DNA of 17,310 bases. It comes from Verrucomicrobiota bacterium. Its GTDB lineage: Bacteria; Verrucomicrobiota; Verrucomicrobiia; Limisphaerales; CANJSG01. Below the pieces are notes generated by a model, which was given only the letters and a program-made list of their open reading frames with translations, was not told the origin of the DNA and searched no databases. Both the position numbers and the translations under genes were made by a program. Of this stretch, positions 1 to 6,993 are shown piece after piece. Every line of letters starts with the position of its first letter. Position 1 is the first letter of the stretch. The stretch lies in contig JBBQXJ010000094.1 of NCBI GenBank assembly GCA_038209745.1, forward strand, positions 1 to 17,310, written 5' to 3'.

Positions 1-1
1 C

Positions 2-2089
2 CTGCGGAACCACAAGAAGGGCAAGGCCAGCATCGCGGCCCTGGCCCTGAGAAGCAGGCTAGGTTTCCAGCCTGACCCGCTTGGAACGGAGCCCGGCAGC
101 ATGGTGCCTAGTGGCACCGGCGAGGGCGCCTATGCCACCAACGCCACGCCAGCCCTCTCCGTTGTTCAATGCGACGACTCCGTCCGCCCACTGGTCGAAG
201 CGCTGCTCGGCCGCACCTTGATCGTCGAGTCGCTCGCCATCGCCACCGCCGCGTGGAAGGAAACGAACGGCGCCCATGACTTCGTCACGCTCGACGGCGA
301 ACTGCTCAACCGCTACGGCGTCTTCACCGGCGGCGCGAACGGCACCACCACCAGCGGCAAAGCCCCGTCGTCCATTCTCGGCCGCAAAAACCAGATCGCC
401 GAACTCCAGTCGCAGCTCGCCGCCTTGGCCGCCCAGGTCGACGAAGCCATCCGGGGCAAAGCCGCGCTCCAGAGCGAGCAGACCGCCATCCAGGCCAGCC
501 TCGAACAGGCCCGCAGCGAGCTCCGCCAGCAGGAGGTCGCCATCGCCAGCCGCGAGGGCGAATTCCGCGCCCTCCAGAACAGCCAGCGCCAGCTCACCCA
601 GAAGCTCCAGAACGTCACCCACGAGCTGAACGCGTTGGCCGGCCAGGACCAGCAAGCCGCCGACAAACGCGCGCAGTTCGCCGCCCGCATCAGCGAACTG
701 GAAAGCCAGGAAGAATCGCTCGCGGGTCGCGTCGCCGAACTCACCGCCGAGCTGGAGCAGCAGCGCCAGATGCGCGACGCCGCCAACGCCGCTTTGACCG
801 AGGCCCGCGTCACCTTGACCGGCGAAGAGCAGCAGGCCGGCGCCCTCGGACGTCAGCGCATTCCGCTCGAAGCCCGCATCCGCGAACTCGGGCAACTGAT
901 CGAGACCCGCCGCCGCGAAGGCGGTTCCTTCCTCGCCCGCAAGGAACAGTTCGAGACCGAGATCGCCGATTCGCGCCAGGAGATTTCCCGCCTCGCCCAC
1001 GAGCGTGAACAGAACAACGTCCGCCTGACCGATCTCATCGAGCAGAAGCGCGAACAGGACGTCCAGATCGCCAGCCGCGAAGAGGAACTCCGCGCCCACC
1101 GCGGCCGGTTGATGGAGCTCCAGACCCTCGGCGGCCGGCTCGAAGTCGAGCTCACCCAGAAGACGATGGCCGTGCAGAACCTGCGCGAGCGCATCCAGCA
1201 GAAATACCAGCTCAACCTCGACGACGTCCGCAGCGAGTGCATCACCCTGACCGACGCCAGCGAAGGCGGGCAGGCCAAGGTCGAGACCCTCACGCCCGAG
1301 GAGATGCAGGCGCGCGGCCTGAGCACCGATTGGAGGGCCGTGGCCGAACAGGTCTCCCAGCTCCAGAAACGCATCGACGAGATGGGCCCGGTCAACCTCG
1401 TGGCCATAGAGGAATACGACGAGACCGAGCAGCGCCACACCTTCCTCACCACCCAGGTCGACGACCTCGTGAGGGCCAAGGCCGAGCTGATGGACGTGTT
1501 GAATCGGATCAACACCCAGACGAAGGAGATGTTCCTCACCACCTTCACGCAGATCCGCGACAATTTCCGCCTGATGTTCTCCGAGATCTTCGGCGGCGGG
1601 AAAGCGGACCTCATCCTCCAGGAAGGCGAGGACCTGCTGGAAGCCGGCATCGAGATCGTGGCCAAGCCCCCCGGCAAGCAGCTCCAGACCATCAGCCTCC
1701 TCTCCGGCGGCGAGCAGACCATGACCGCCGTAGCCCTGCTCTTCTCCATCTACCAGGTGAAGCCGTCCCCGTTCTGCGTGCTGGACGAGCTGGACGCGCC
1801 GCTCGACGAGGCGAACATCAACCGCTTCATCAAAGTGCTCCAGCGGTTCCTCGGCCAGAGCCAGTTCATCATCATCACCCACAGCAAGCGCACCATCAGC
1901 ATGGCCGACGCGCTCTACGGCGTGACCATGCAGGAACACGGCATCAGCAAGATCGTCAGCGTGAAGTTCCACAAAGCCGACGAAAACGCCGACCAACAAG
2001 GCGCCCGCCTCTTGGTTCCGGAAAGGGCGGAAGCTCCCGAGTCACCCGACACCAAGCCGCCGGAGCCGGATGCTGTCATGGCGAAGTAG
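2..2089 (+). CDS. smc: Chromosome segregation ATPase SMC, C-terminal part (end of hinge, coiled coil, C-terminal head); 5'-truncated by the window edge
   Basis: Frame is open from nt 2 (LRNHKKGKASI...). It has the hinge-end motif FVTLDGELLNRYGVFTGG, a long heptad coiled coil, GPVNLVAIEEY, the signature LSGGE, Walker B/D-loop PFCVLDELDAPLDEAN and H-loop QFIIITH. Confidence 0.97.
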   Translation: MRNHKKGKASIAALALRSRLGFQPDPLGTEPGSMVPSGTGEGAYATNATPALSVVQCDDSVRPLVEALLGRTLIVESLAIATAAWKETNGAHDFVTLDGELLNRYGVFTGGANGTTTSGKAPSSILGRKNQIAELQSQLAALAAQVDEAIRGKAALQSEQTAIQASLEQARSELRQQEVAIASREGEFRALQNSQRQLTQKLQNVTHELNALAGQDQQAADKRAQFAARISELESQEESLAGRVAELTAELEQQRQMRDAANAALTEARVTLTGEEQQAGALGRQRIPLEARIRELGQLIETRRREGGSFLARKEQFETEIADSRQEISRLAHEREQNNVRLTDLIEQKREQDVQIASREEELRAHRGRLMELQTLGGRLEVELTQKTMAVQNLRERIQQKYQLNLDDVRSECITLTDASEGGQAKVETLTPEEMQARGLSTDWRAVAEQVSQLQKRIDEMGPVNLVAIEEYDETEQRHTFLTTQVDDLVRAKAELMDVLNRINTQTKEMFLTTFTQIRDNFRLMFSEIFGGGKADLILQEGEDLLEAGIEIVAKPPGKQLQTISLLSGGEQTMTAVALLFSIYQVKPSPFCVLDELDAPLDEANINRFIKVLQRFLGQSQFIIITHSKRTISMADALYGVTMQEHGISKIVSVKFHKADENADQQGARLLVPERAEAPESPDTKPPEPDAVMAK

Positions 2090-2159
2090 TCCGCCCCATC
2101 CTCCCGCATGGTGAAGATGAAAGACGCGATCCCGCCGGGGAACGGAACCGGCGAAGAAG

Positions 2160-2447
2160 CGTCTTCGTCGCGAAGGCCATAAGATCACGGGCCATTGCTT
2201 CGGCGGCATGGCGCGGCATCTGGTCAACCTTCGGCCCGCGCTCAAGCCAAGAGCCCGATTGGTCTATTTCGGCGGCGACCCGGCGTCCTCCCTGTGTGTG
2301 ATGATCCACACCGGCCAACTCCTCGGCAATGTGGCCGAATGGCTCGGCTATCGGGTCGAGCGCAGCGACCTGTTCCGCACCCGCCTGGCCACCAAGCCCC
2401 GCGAACAAGTGCGCGGGGAAATGCTGGACCTGCACTGGACCGGCTGA
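2160..2447 (+). pseudogene. Degenerate 3' fragment of a site-specific DNA methyltransferase
   Basis: Translation ...HKITGHCFGGMARHLVNLRPALKPRARLVYFGGDPASSLCVMIHTGQLLGNVAEWLGYRVERSDLFRTRLAT...LHWTG resembles, from recall, the C-terminus of amino-methyltransferases ('YFGGMARHL...L.PGA.LAYVVGDQAS...TG.LL..IA..LGY.....DLFRTR.AT'). There is no room for the N-terminal catalytic part, since smc ends at 2089. Confidence 0.6.
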
Positions 2448-2458
2448 GAACAAAAGCC

Positions 2459-2604
2459 ACGCCTGCCGCCAACCGATATCCCCGGCTTCTCGAACGGGGC
2501 TCCTGCAAGAACTTCCTGCAAGCTGCGGGGAAGTGGCGTCCGTGTGCGAGGAGACCGAACCAGCGGCCACGCAATTGGGCCTGAAGCTGCCCAAGAACCC
2601 CTCA
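2459..2604 (+). pseudogene. Frameshifted 5' fragment of a putative endonuclease that normally follows this methyltransferase
   Basis: ACG (possibly a decayed ATG) at 2459, then PAANRYPRLLERGSCKNFLQAAG. After a frame change in the G4 run (2527-2530) it reads EVASVCEETEPAATQLGLKLPKNP. From recall this resembles the 'NRY..LIE.IF...Y..G..EV.F.R.EI..AA..LGI.LPKN' N-terminus of MTase-associated endonucleases. Confidence 0.5.
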
Positions 2605-2790
2605 CGGTCCCGGGTTCAGCCGGTGGGGAGCGCCCCGGCCATTTCCCGCACGCTACAGCAACCTGCGCGTCGGCCCCGTTGACTCAAGGGCTCCTTGATT
2701 AAATAAAACAGCCATGAAAGTTTAAATCCTTGCTTCGGGGAAGTATTTGCCTGGTTCCGGTCCTGCCGACCGGGCCGCCGGGCGAACCCC

Positions 2791-2872
2791 GGGGAGATCG
2801 TCGAAACCTCCGCCAACCCAAAATGGACAGCGCAACCCGAAACCGGGCTGACGGTCCAGGCTGACGGTCCTC
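2791..2872 (+). promoter_or_regulatory. Candidate structured RNA in the 5' leader of the large secreted-protein gene
   Basis: GATCGTC (2796-2802) can pair with GACGGTC (2850-2856 or 2863-2869). GGCTGACGGTCC is a 12-nt direct repeat (2846-2857, 2859-2870). Inner stems are TGGAC/GTCCA (2824-2828/2854-2858) and CCCG-AAAC-CGGG (2836-2847). The element ends about 28 nt before ATG 2901. Confidence 0.5.
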
Positions 2873-2900
2873 ATGCGACGTTGAGAGAAAGAAGAATCCA

Positions 2901-5900
2901 ATGAACAACAAAAACGTGCTGACGGCCCTTTGGGCCCTTTTCGCGGCGATGAGCGCCTGGGCGCAAAGCCCGGTGGCCTTGCCGCCGGCGTATGCCATGC
3001 CGGCCGGCTCGGTGACCACCACCCAACCCGGGTTCACGGTCCTGCCCTATCAAACCACGGAGACCCAGCCGGGCAACGTGCAGTGGACCCTCGACCAGTT
3101 GGCGGGCCTGCACGGGCCGAACGTGGCGGATTTGTCCGGGGCCGACACCAACGGCGCCTACCTCGTGGACACTGTCGTCAACTGGAGCGACGGCGGCGGC
3201 GTCAGCGTGGATGGATTCCCTTCCGCTGCTGTTTTCCCGGGCATCACCGCCCCGTCCCCGAACAACAACTTCTCGGAGGAAGTCCTCACCTACCTCCAGT
3301 TCCCGACGAACGGCGTCTATACGCTCGGGGTCAACAGCGACGACGGTTTCCAGGTCACCTCTTCGCTGCTGAACCCGAAGGACACCTTCCAGAAGGTCGT
3401 GCTCGGACAGTTCAACGGGAATCGCGGAGCGGGCGACTCGACGTTCCAGGTCTCCGTTTCGCAGCCGGGCATCTATCCGATCCGCCTCGTCTACTGGCAG
3501 GGAGGGGGCGGCGCGAGCGTGGCGTTTTTCTCGGTCATCACCACGAGCACCAGCACCAACCTGATCCTGATCAACGACACCACCACGCCGGGGGCGCTGA
3601 CCGCCTATGCGTCCGCGAAGGTCGCTCCTCCCTACATCTCCCGGTTCACGCACGATCCCACGGGCTTCAAGATTTCCATCAACGACGACATCACGTCGCT
3701 CAAGCCCGGGTCGGTTGCAGTCAACTTCAACGGGGCCACCGTGCCCGTCACGACGGCAAAAGCCGGTAAGACGACGACCCTTACCTATGCCCCGGCCAAC
3801 CTGATTCCATCCGGAGTGAGCAACACCGTGGCGGTGACCTTCAGCGATACTGCCAGCCCGGCGAACAACGGTTCGGGCTCGTTCACCTATGTGGAGGCGG
3901 CCTACTCGACCTTGGGAGGATCCGATTCGGTTCCGGACAGCGCCGTGGACAAAACCCAGGGCGGCTTTCTCTACCGTATCCATCAGATTGATTCCAACCA
4001 GGGCGCCGCCATCCACGCGGCGAACATCGCCCATGCGGAAGCGCAACTGGCCGGTCTGCTCGCCGCCGACGGGCCGAACGTCGCCGCCGCCGGCTCTCAA
4101 CCCGACGGGAGCTACGTGGTCACCAACCTCAACTTCAGTCTCGACGCCTCCGCCGAGGGCAGCTTCAACACGGCCAACGGCCATCCGGACCAGTTGTTCC
4201 CGGGGATCGTCGGCACTTCGCCCGACAACATCGCGGGCCAGGTCACGGGGTATCTCGACCTGAAGCCGGGTTTCTACACCTTCGCCGTGACCTCGGCCGA
4301 CGGCTTCCGCCTCGCCTCGGCGACCAACCCGACCGACGCCTTCGGCAAGACGCTCGGAATTTATGACTTCCGGAGAACCACCACGGAAACGCGGTTCGGC
4401 GTCGCGGTCGCGCAGGCGGGCCTCTACCCGGTTCGGCTGGTCTTCTTCAGCCAGTCCCTCATGGCCGACAACGCCGGCACGCGCAGCCTCGAATTCTACA
4501 CGGTGGATTCCTCCGGGACCAAGACCCTGGTCAACGATCCCTCCAGCACCAACTCCGTGAAAGCCTATTGGAAGCGGACGGCGGGCTACGGCTCCTTCGT
4601 CAAGTATGCGGGGCCCTCCAGCTTCGTCTCGCCGTTCGCCGGCCCCGATGTCGGCTTCAAGAGCATCAACCTCCAGCTCAACGACGGCACCTCGAACAAG
4701 GTGGACGCCGCGACGGTCGCGCTGACCGTGGACGGCGCGCCCATCGCCCTGGCCACGAGCGCCGCCGGCGGAGTCACGACCGCCTCGTTCACCTACACCA
4801 ACACCCAGTTGCCCCGGATCGTCCATTCGGCCAGCCTGGTCTTCAACGAGCAGACCACCGGCATCCAGCACACCTACGCGTGGAACTTCAATCTGCTCAA
4901 AAACTACGTGCTGCCCATACCTCTGTATTTCGAGGATTTTGAATCCACCCAGACGGATTCGACCCAAGGAACCGTTCCGATGGTTCCTGCGGGCTGGGTC
5001 GCCGAGAGCCATACGGGGAGCGAGATGGATTCGTCCATTCCGGCAAACGATCCAAGCCGCCAGGACCCGATGAACCTGAACTCGGACTTCTATCTGGGCT
5101 GGGTCGTGGTTGACACTTCGTTCGGGCCTTCCAAGGACCTCGGCGTTTCTCCCTATGCGCCGCAGACGTTGAACGGGGTCGATCTGACCGACCAAACAGG
5201 CACCAATCCAGTGCTCTCCAACCACTACCTGCGCGCTGAGTCGGATGCGCGGTCGAACTTCCCGTCCCAGATCGACTATCTCACCACGAAGAGCTACGAC
5301 CTCACCGGCAAGAACGGGATCGTGATCGCCTTCAACAGCTCCTACGAACAAAACCAGGACTGCATGGTTTCCATCGAATACTCGGTGGGCGGCGGCACCA
5401 ACTGGTCGCCCGTCCTCTATTGGCTGCAGGAGGGTTCCGACAGCCAGGCACAACCCGACATCATCCGCGACGGCCTCGGCAACATCGACGTGAACGCCGT
5501 CTTCAACACTGTCTATGGTGATGTTGCTGTCTATCCCAACGCCCAGGGGGAATACATCGGCGGCACGGGCTACTATGGAGCCTTCATCAAGGCACCCATC
5601 AGCCAGGCCCTCGCCCCTTATATCGAAGGCCGGGTGAACGACGATGGCAAGGAATCCAAACGCATCGAACTCTACCGGGTCACCGGCGCCGACAACCAAA
5701 AGGACGTCCGGTTCCGCATCCAGCATGACGGCACGTCCAGTTGGTATTGGGCCATCGACAACTGGGGCGTCTATTCCGTGCCTTCCTTGGTTACCGGCCC
5801 TGTTACGCTCGGTCCCCTGCAGATCGTTTCGCAGAACGGGTCGGCCGTCATTTCCTGGACGGGAGCGGGCACCTTGCAAAGCGCGACCAACGTCGGCGGA

Positions 5901-5987
5901 CCCTGGAGCAACGTCTCTGGTGTGACCGGAACGTCCTACACCGCGATCGTCGCGCCGGGTGGCGTGTTCTTCCGCCTGACCCAGTAG
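2901..5987 (+). CDS. Large secreted/surface protein (1028 aa): signal peptide, two PA14-like repeats each followed by an Ig-like spacer, a jelly-roll-like domain and a Verrucomicrobia-type C-terminal domain
   Basis: N-terminal Sec signal MNNKNVLTALWALFAAMSAWA|Q. PA14-like motifs YTLGVNSDDGF...GIYPIRLVYWQGGGGA and YTFAVTSADGF...GLYPVRLVFF. Thr/Ser/Gly-rich composition. C-terminus ISWTGAGTLQSATNVGGPWSNV...GVFFRLTQ. Strong GC3 codon bias. Confidence 0.85.
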   Translation: MNNKNVLTALWALFAAMSAWAQSPVALPPAYAMPAGSVTTTQPGFTVLPYQTTETQPGNVQWTLDQLAGLHGPNVADLSGADTNGAYLVDTVVNWSDGGGVSVDGFPSAAVFPGITAPSPNNNFSEEVLTYLQFPTNGVYTLGVNSDDGFQVTSSLLNPKDTFQKVVLGQFNGNRGAGDSTFQVSVSQPGIYPIRLVYWQGGGGASVAFFSVITTSTSTNLILINDTTTPGALTAYASAKVAPPYISRFTHDPTGFKISINDDITSLKPGSVAVNFNGATVPVTTAKAGKTTTLTYAPANLIPSGVSNTVAVTFSDTASPANNGSGSFTYVEAAYSTLGGSDSVPDSAVDKTQGGFLYRIHQIDSNQGAAIHAANIAHAEAQLAGLLAADGPNVAAAGSQPDGSYVVTNLNFSLDASAEGSFNTANGHPDQLFPGIVGTSPDNIAGQVTGYLDLKPGFYTFAVTSADGFRLASATNPTDAFGKTLGIYDFRRTTTETRFGVAVAQAGLYPVRLVFFSQSLMADNAGTRSLEFYTVDSSGTKTLVNDPSSTNSVKAYWKRTAGYGSFVKYAGPSSFVSPFAGPDVGFKSINLQLNDGTSNKVDAATVALTVDGAPIALATSAAGGVTTASFTYTNTQLPRIVHSASLVFNEQTTGIQHTYAWNFNLLKNYVLPIPLYFEDFESTQTDSTQGTVPMVPAGWVAESHTGSEMDSSIPANDPSRQDPMNLNSDFYLGWVVVDTSFGPSKDLGVSPYAPQTLNGVDLTDQTGTNPVLSNHYLRAESDARSNFPSQIDYLTTKSYDLTGKNGIVIAFNSSYEQNQDCMVSIEYSVGGGTNWSPVLYWLQEGSDSQAQPDIIRDGLGNIDVNAVFNTVYGDVAVYPNAQGEYIGGTGYYGAFIKAPISQALAPYIEGRVNDDGKESKRIELYRVTGADNQKDVRFRIQHDGTSSWYWAIDNWGVYSVPSLVTGPVTLGPLQIVSQNGSAVISWTGAGTLQSATNVGGPWSNVSGVTGTSYTAIVAPGGVFFRLTQ

Positions 5988-6044
5988 TCGTCCGCGTGGC
6001 AGGGACCGCGATCCTCAAGACCGCTTCCCTCCCAGCCTGAATCG

Positions 6045-6091
6045 AAACCAGCATCCGGGGCCGTAACGCTCCGGGTGCTGGTTTGTTTGTT
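6045..6091 (+). terminator. Intrinsic terminator of the large secreted-protein gene
   Basis: Stem AAACCAGCATCCGGGG / CTCCGGGTGCTGGTTT (with G-U pairs) running into a T-rich tail TTTGTTTGTT, about 57 nt after the stop codon. Confidence 0.75.
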
Positions 6092-6106
6092 GACGGGCAC
6101 GACGCC

Positions 6107-6235
6107 AAACCCGGGACTCGGATCGGGCCGGGGCTGGAGTCGAGCCCTGCGGGACGGAGCAGGGTTCTTCAACGCGGCCGAAGCACGTCGCGAGGTGCCA
6201 GCCCCGGCCGAAAGCCAATCCATCGCACCCGGTTT
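6107..6235. repeat. Multi-stem inverted-repeat element of unknown function
   Basis: A perfect 12-bp IR GGCCGGGGCTGG (6126-6137) / CCAGCCCCGGCC (6198-6209) encloses the hairpin GAGCCCTGC/GCAGGGTTC (6142-6167). An outer IR AAACC(C)GGG / CCCGGTTT lies at 6107-6115/6228-6235. Confidence 0.5.
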
Positions 6236-6395
6236 AGAAACCTCCATGCACCCTTCCATGACGAAATGGCCGGAGATTCAAGGGCTGTAACTCCGATCAC
6301 AGGTCCGGAGTTATCCCAATATGCCCAACATCGGAACGTCCGACGTCCATTGCGCCGGCTCCATTCCGAGGCATATAAACCAAACCCCAGTCCCT

Positions 6396-6827
6396 ATGCA
6401 CACCTCCCCCCTCCGTCCCTTCATCAAGTTGCTGGCCTGCGCCGCCATCGGCGTTGCCTCGCTGCTTCCGGCGTTCGCGGCCGATCCGTCCGGCACCTGG
6501 ACCTGGTCCACGCCCGGCCGGAATGGCGGACCCGACCGCACCAACACGCTCACTCTCAAGATCGAAGGTGAAAAGGTCACCGGCAAGGTGGCTTCCCCCG
6601 GCCGTGGCGGTCAGGCGATGGAATCCGAGATCTCCGGCGGCAAGCTCATGGGTGAGGATTTGACCTTCGTGGTGAGCCGCGAATACAACGGCAACAAGTT
6701 CGTGGCCAACTACTCCGGCAAGGTCACCGCCGACAGCATCAAGGGCAAGATCGAGAGCGAGCGTGGCGGCCAAAAGCAGTCCCGCGACTGGGAAGCCAAA
6801 CGCGCCATGGCCAAAAAGACCGAGTAG
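6396..6827 (+). CDS. Small secreted beta-strand-rich protein of unknown function (143 aa)
   Basis: ATG 6396 gives a clean signal peptide (MHTSPLRPFIKLLACAAIGVASLLPAFA|ADPSGTWTW). The mature part has alternating beta patterns (TLTLKIEGEKVTG, GEDLTFVV, YSGKVTADSIKG). This start is preferred over the track start at 6321. Confidence 0.85.
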   Translation: MHTSPLRPFIKLLACAAIGVASLLPAFAADPSGTWTWSTPGRNGGPDRTNTLTLKIEGEKVTGKVASPGRGGQAMESEISGGKLMGEDLTFVVSREYNGNKFVANYSGKVTADSIKGKIESERGGQKQSRDWEAKRAMAKKTE

Positions 6828-6849
6828 TCTTCCCCAAATCCATTCCCGT

Positions 6850-6889
6850 AAAGGCTGCTTCCGGAGATCCGGGGCAGCCTTTTCCATTT
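6850..6889 (+). terminator. Intrinsic terminator
   Basis: Hairpin AAAGGCTGCTTCCGGA-GA-TCCGGGGCAGCCTTT followed by TCCATTT, 22 nt after the stop at 6827. Confidence 0.75.
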
Positions 6890-6993
6890 CCTCGGGCTCC
6901 CCCGCCAACCGATCTCCCCAGGGTCCGTCGCCCTGATAGCCGACTGCCGACGCCTAGACACCCGAAGGGCGATCTGGGAAACTCACAGCTCAT

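Noticed and set aside
59..1999. 646-aa minus-strand ORF
   Set aside because: Antisense shadow of smc, caused by GC3 codon bias; no recognisable motifs.
2751..2780. nhaA-I-like CGGGCCGCC segment
   Set aside because: Only a short GC-rich partial match, without the rest of the motif or a cation-transporter gene downstream.
2846..2870. Direct repeat as a possible CRISPR remnant
   Set aside because: Only two 12-nt copies 1 nt apart, with no spacers and no cas genes.
2871..5879. 1002-aa minus-strand ORF
   Set aside because: Antisense shadow of the 1028-aa secreted protein, which has the signal peptide and domain motifs.
6903..6919. CGCCAACC and GATCTCCCC echoing parts of the 2791-2818 element
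   Set aside because: 8-9 nt matches in mixed orientation are compatible with chance.
6890..6993. c-di-AMP (ydaO) riboswitch upstream of ktrB
   Set aside because: Looked for because Ktr operons often carry one, but the conserved GCUGAAUCC...AACCCG.CAGCUAAC elements are absent.
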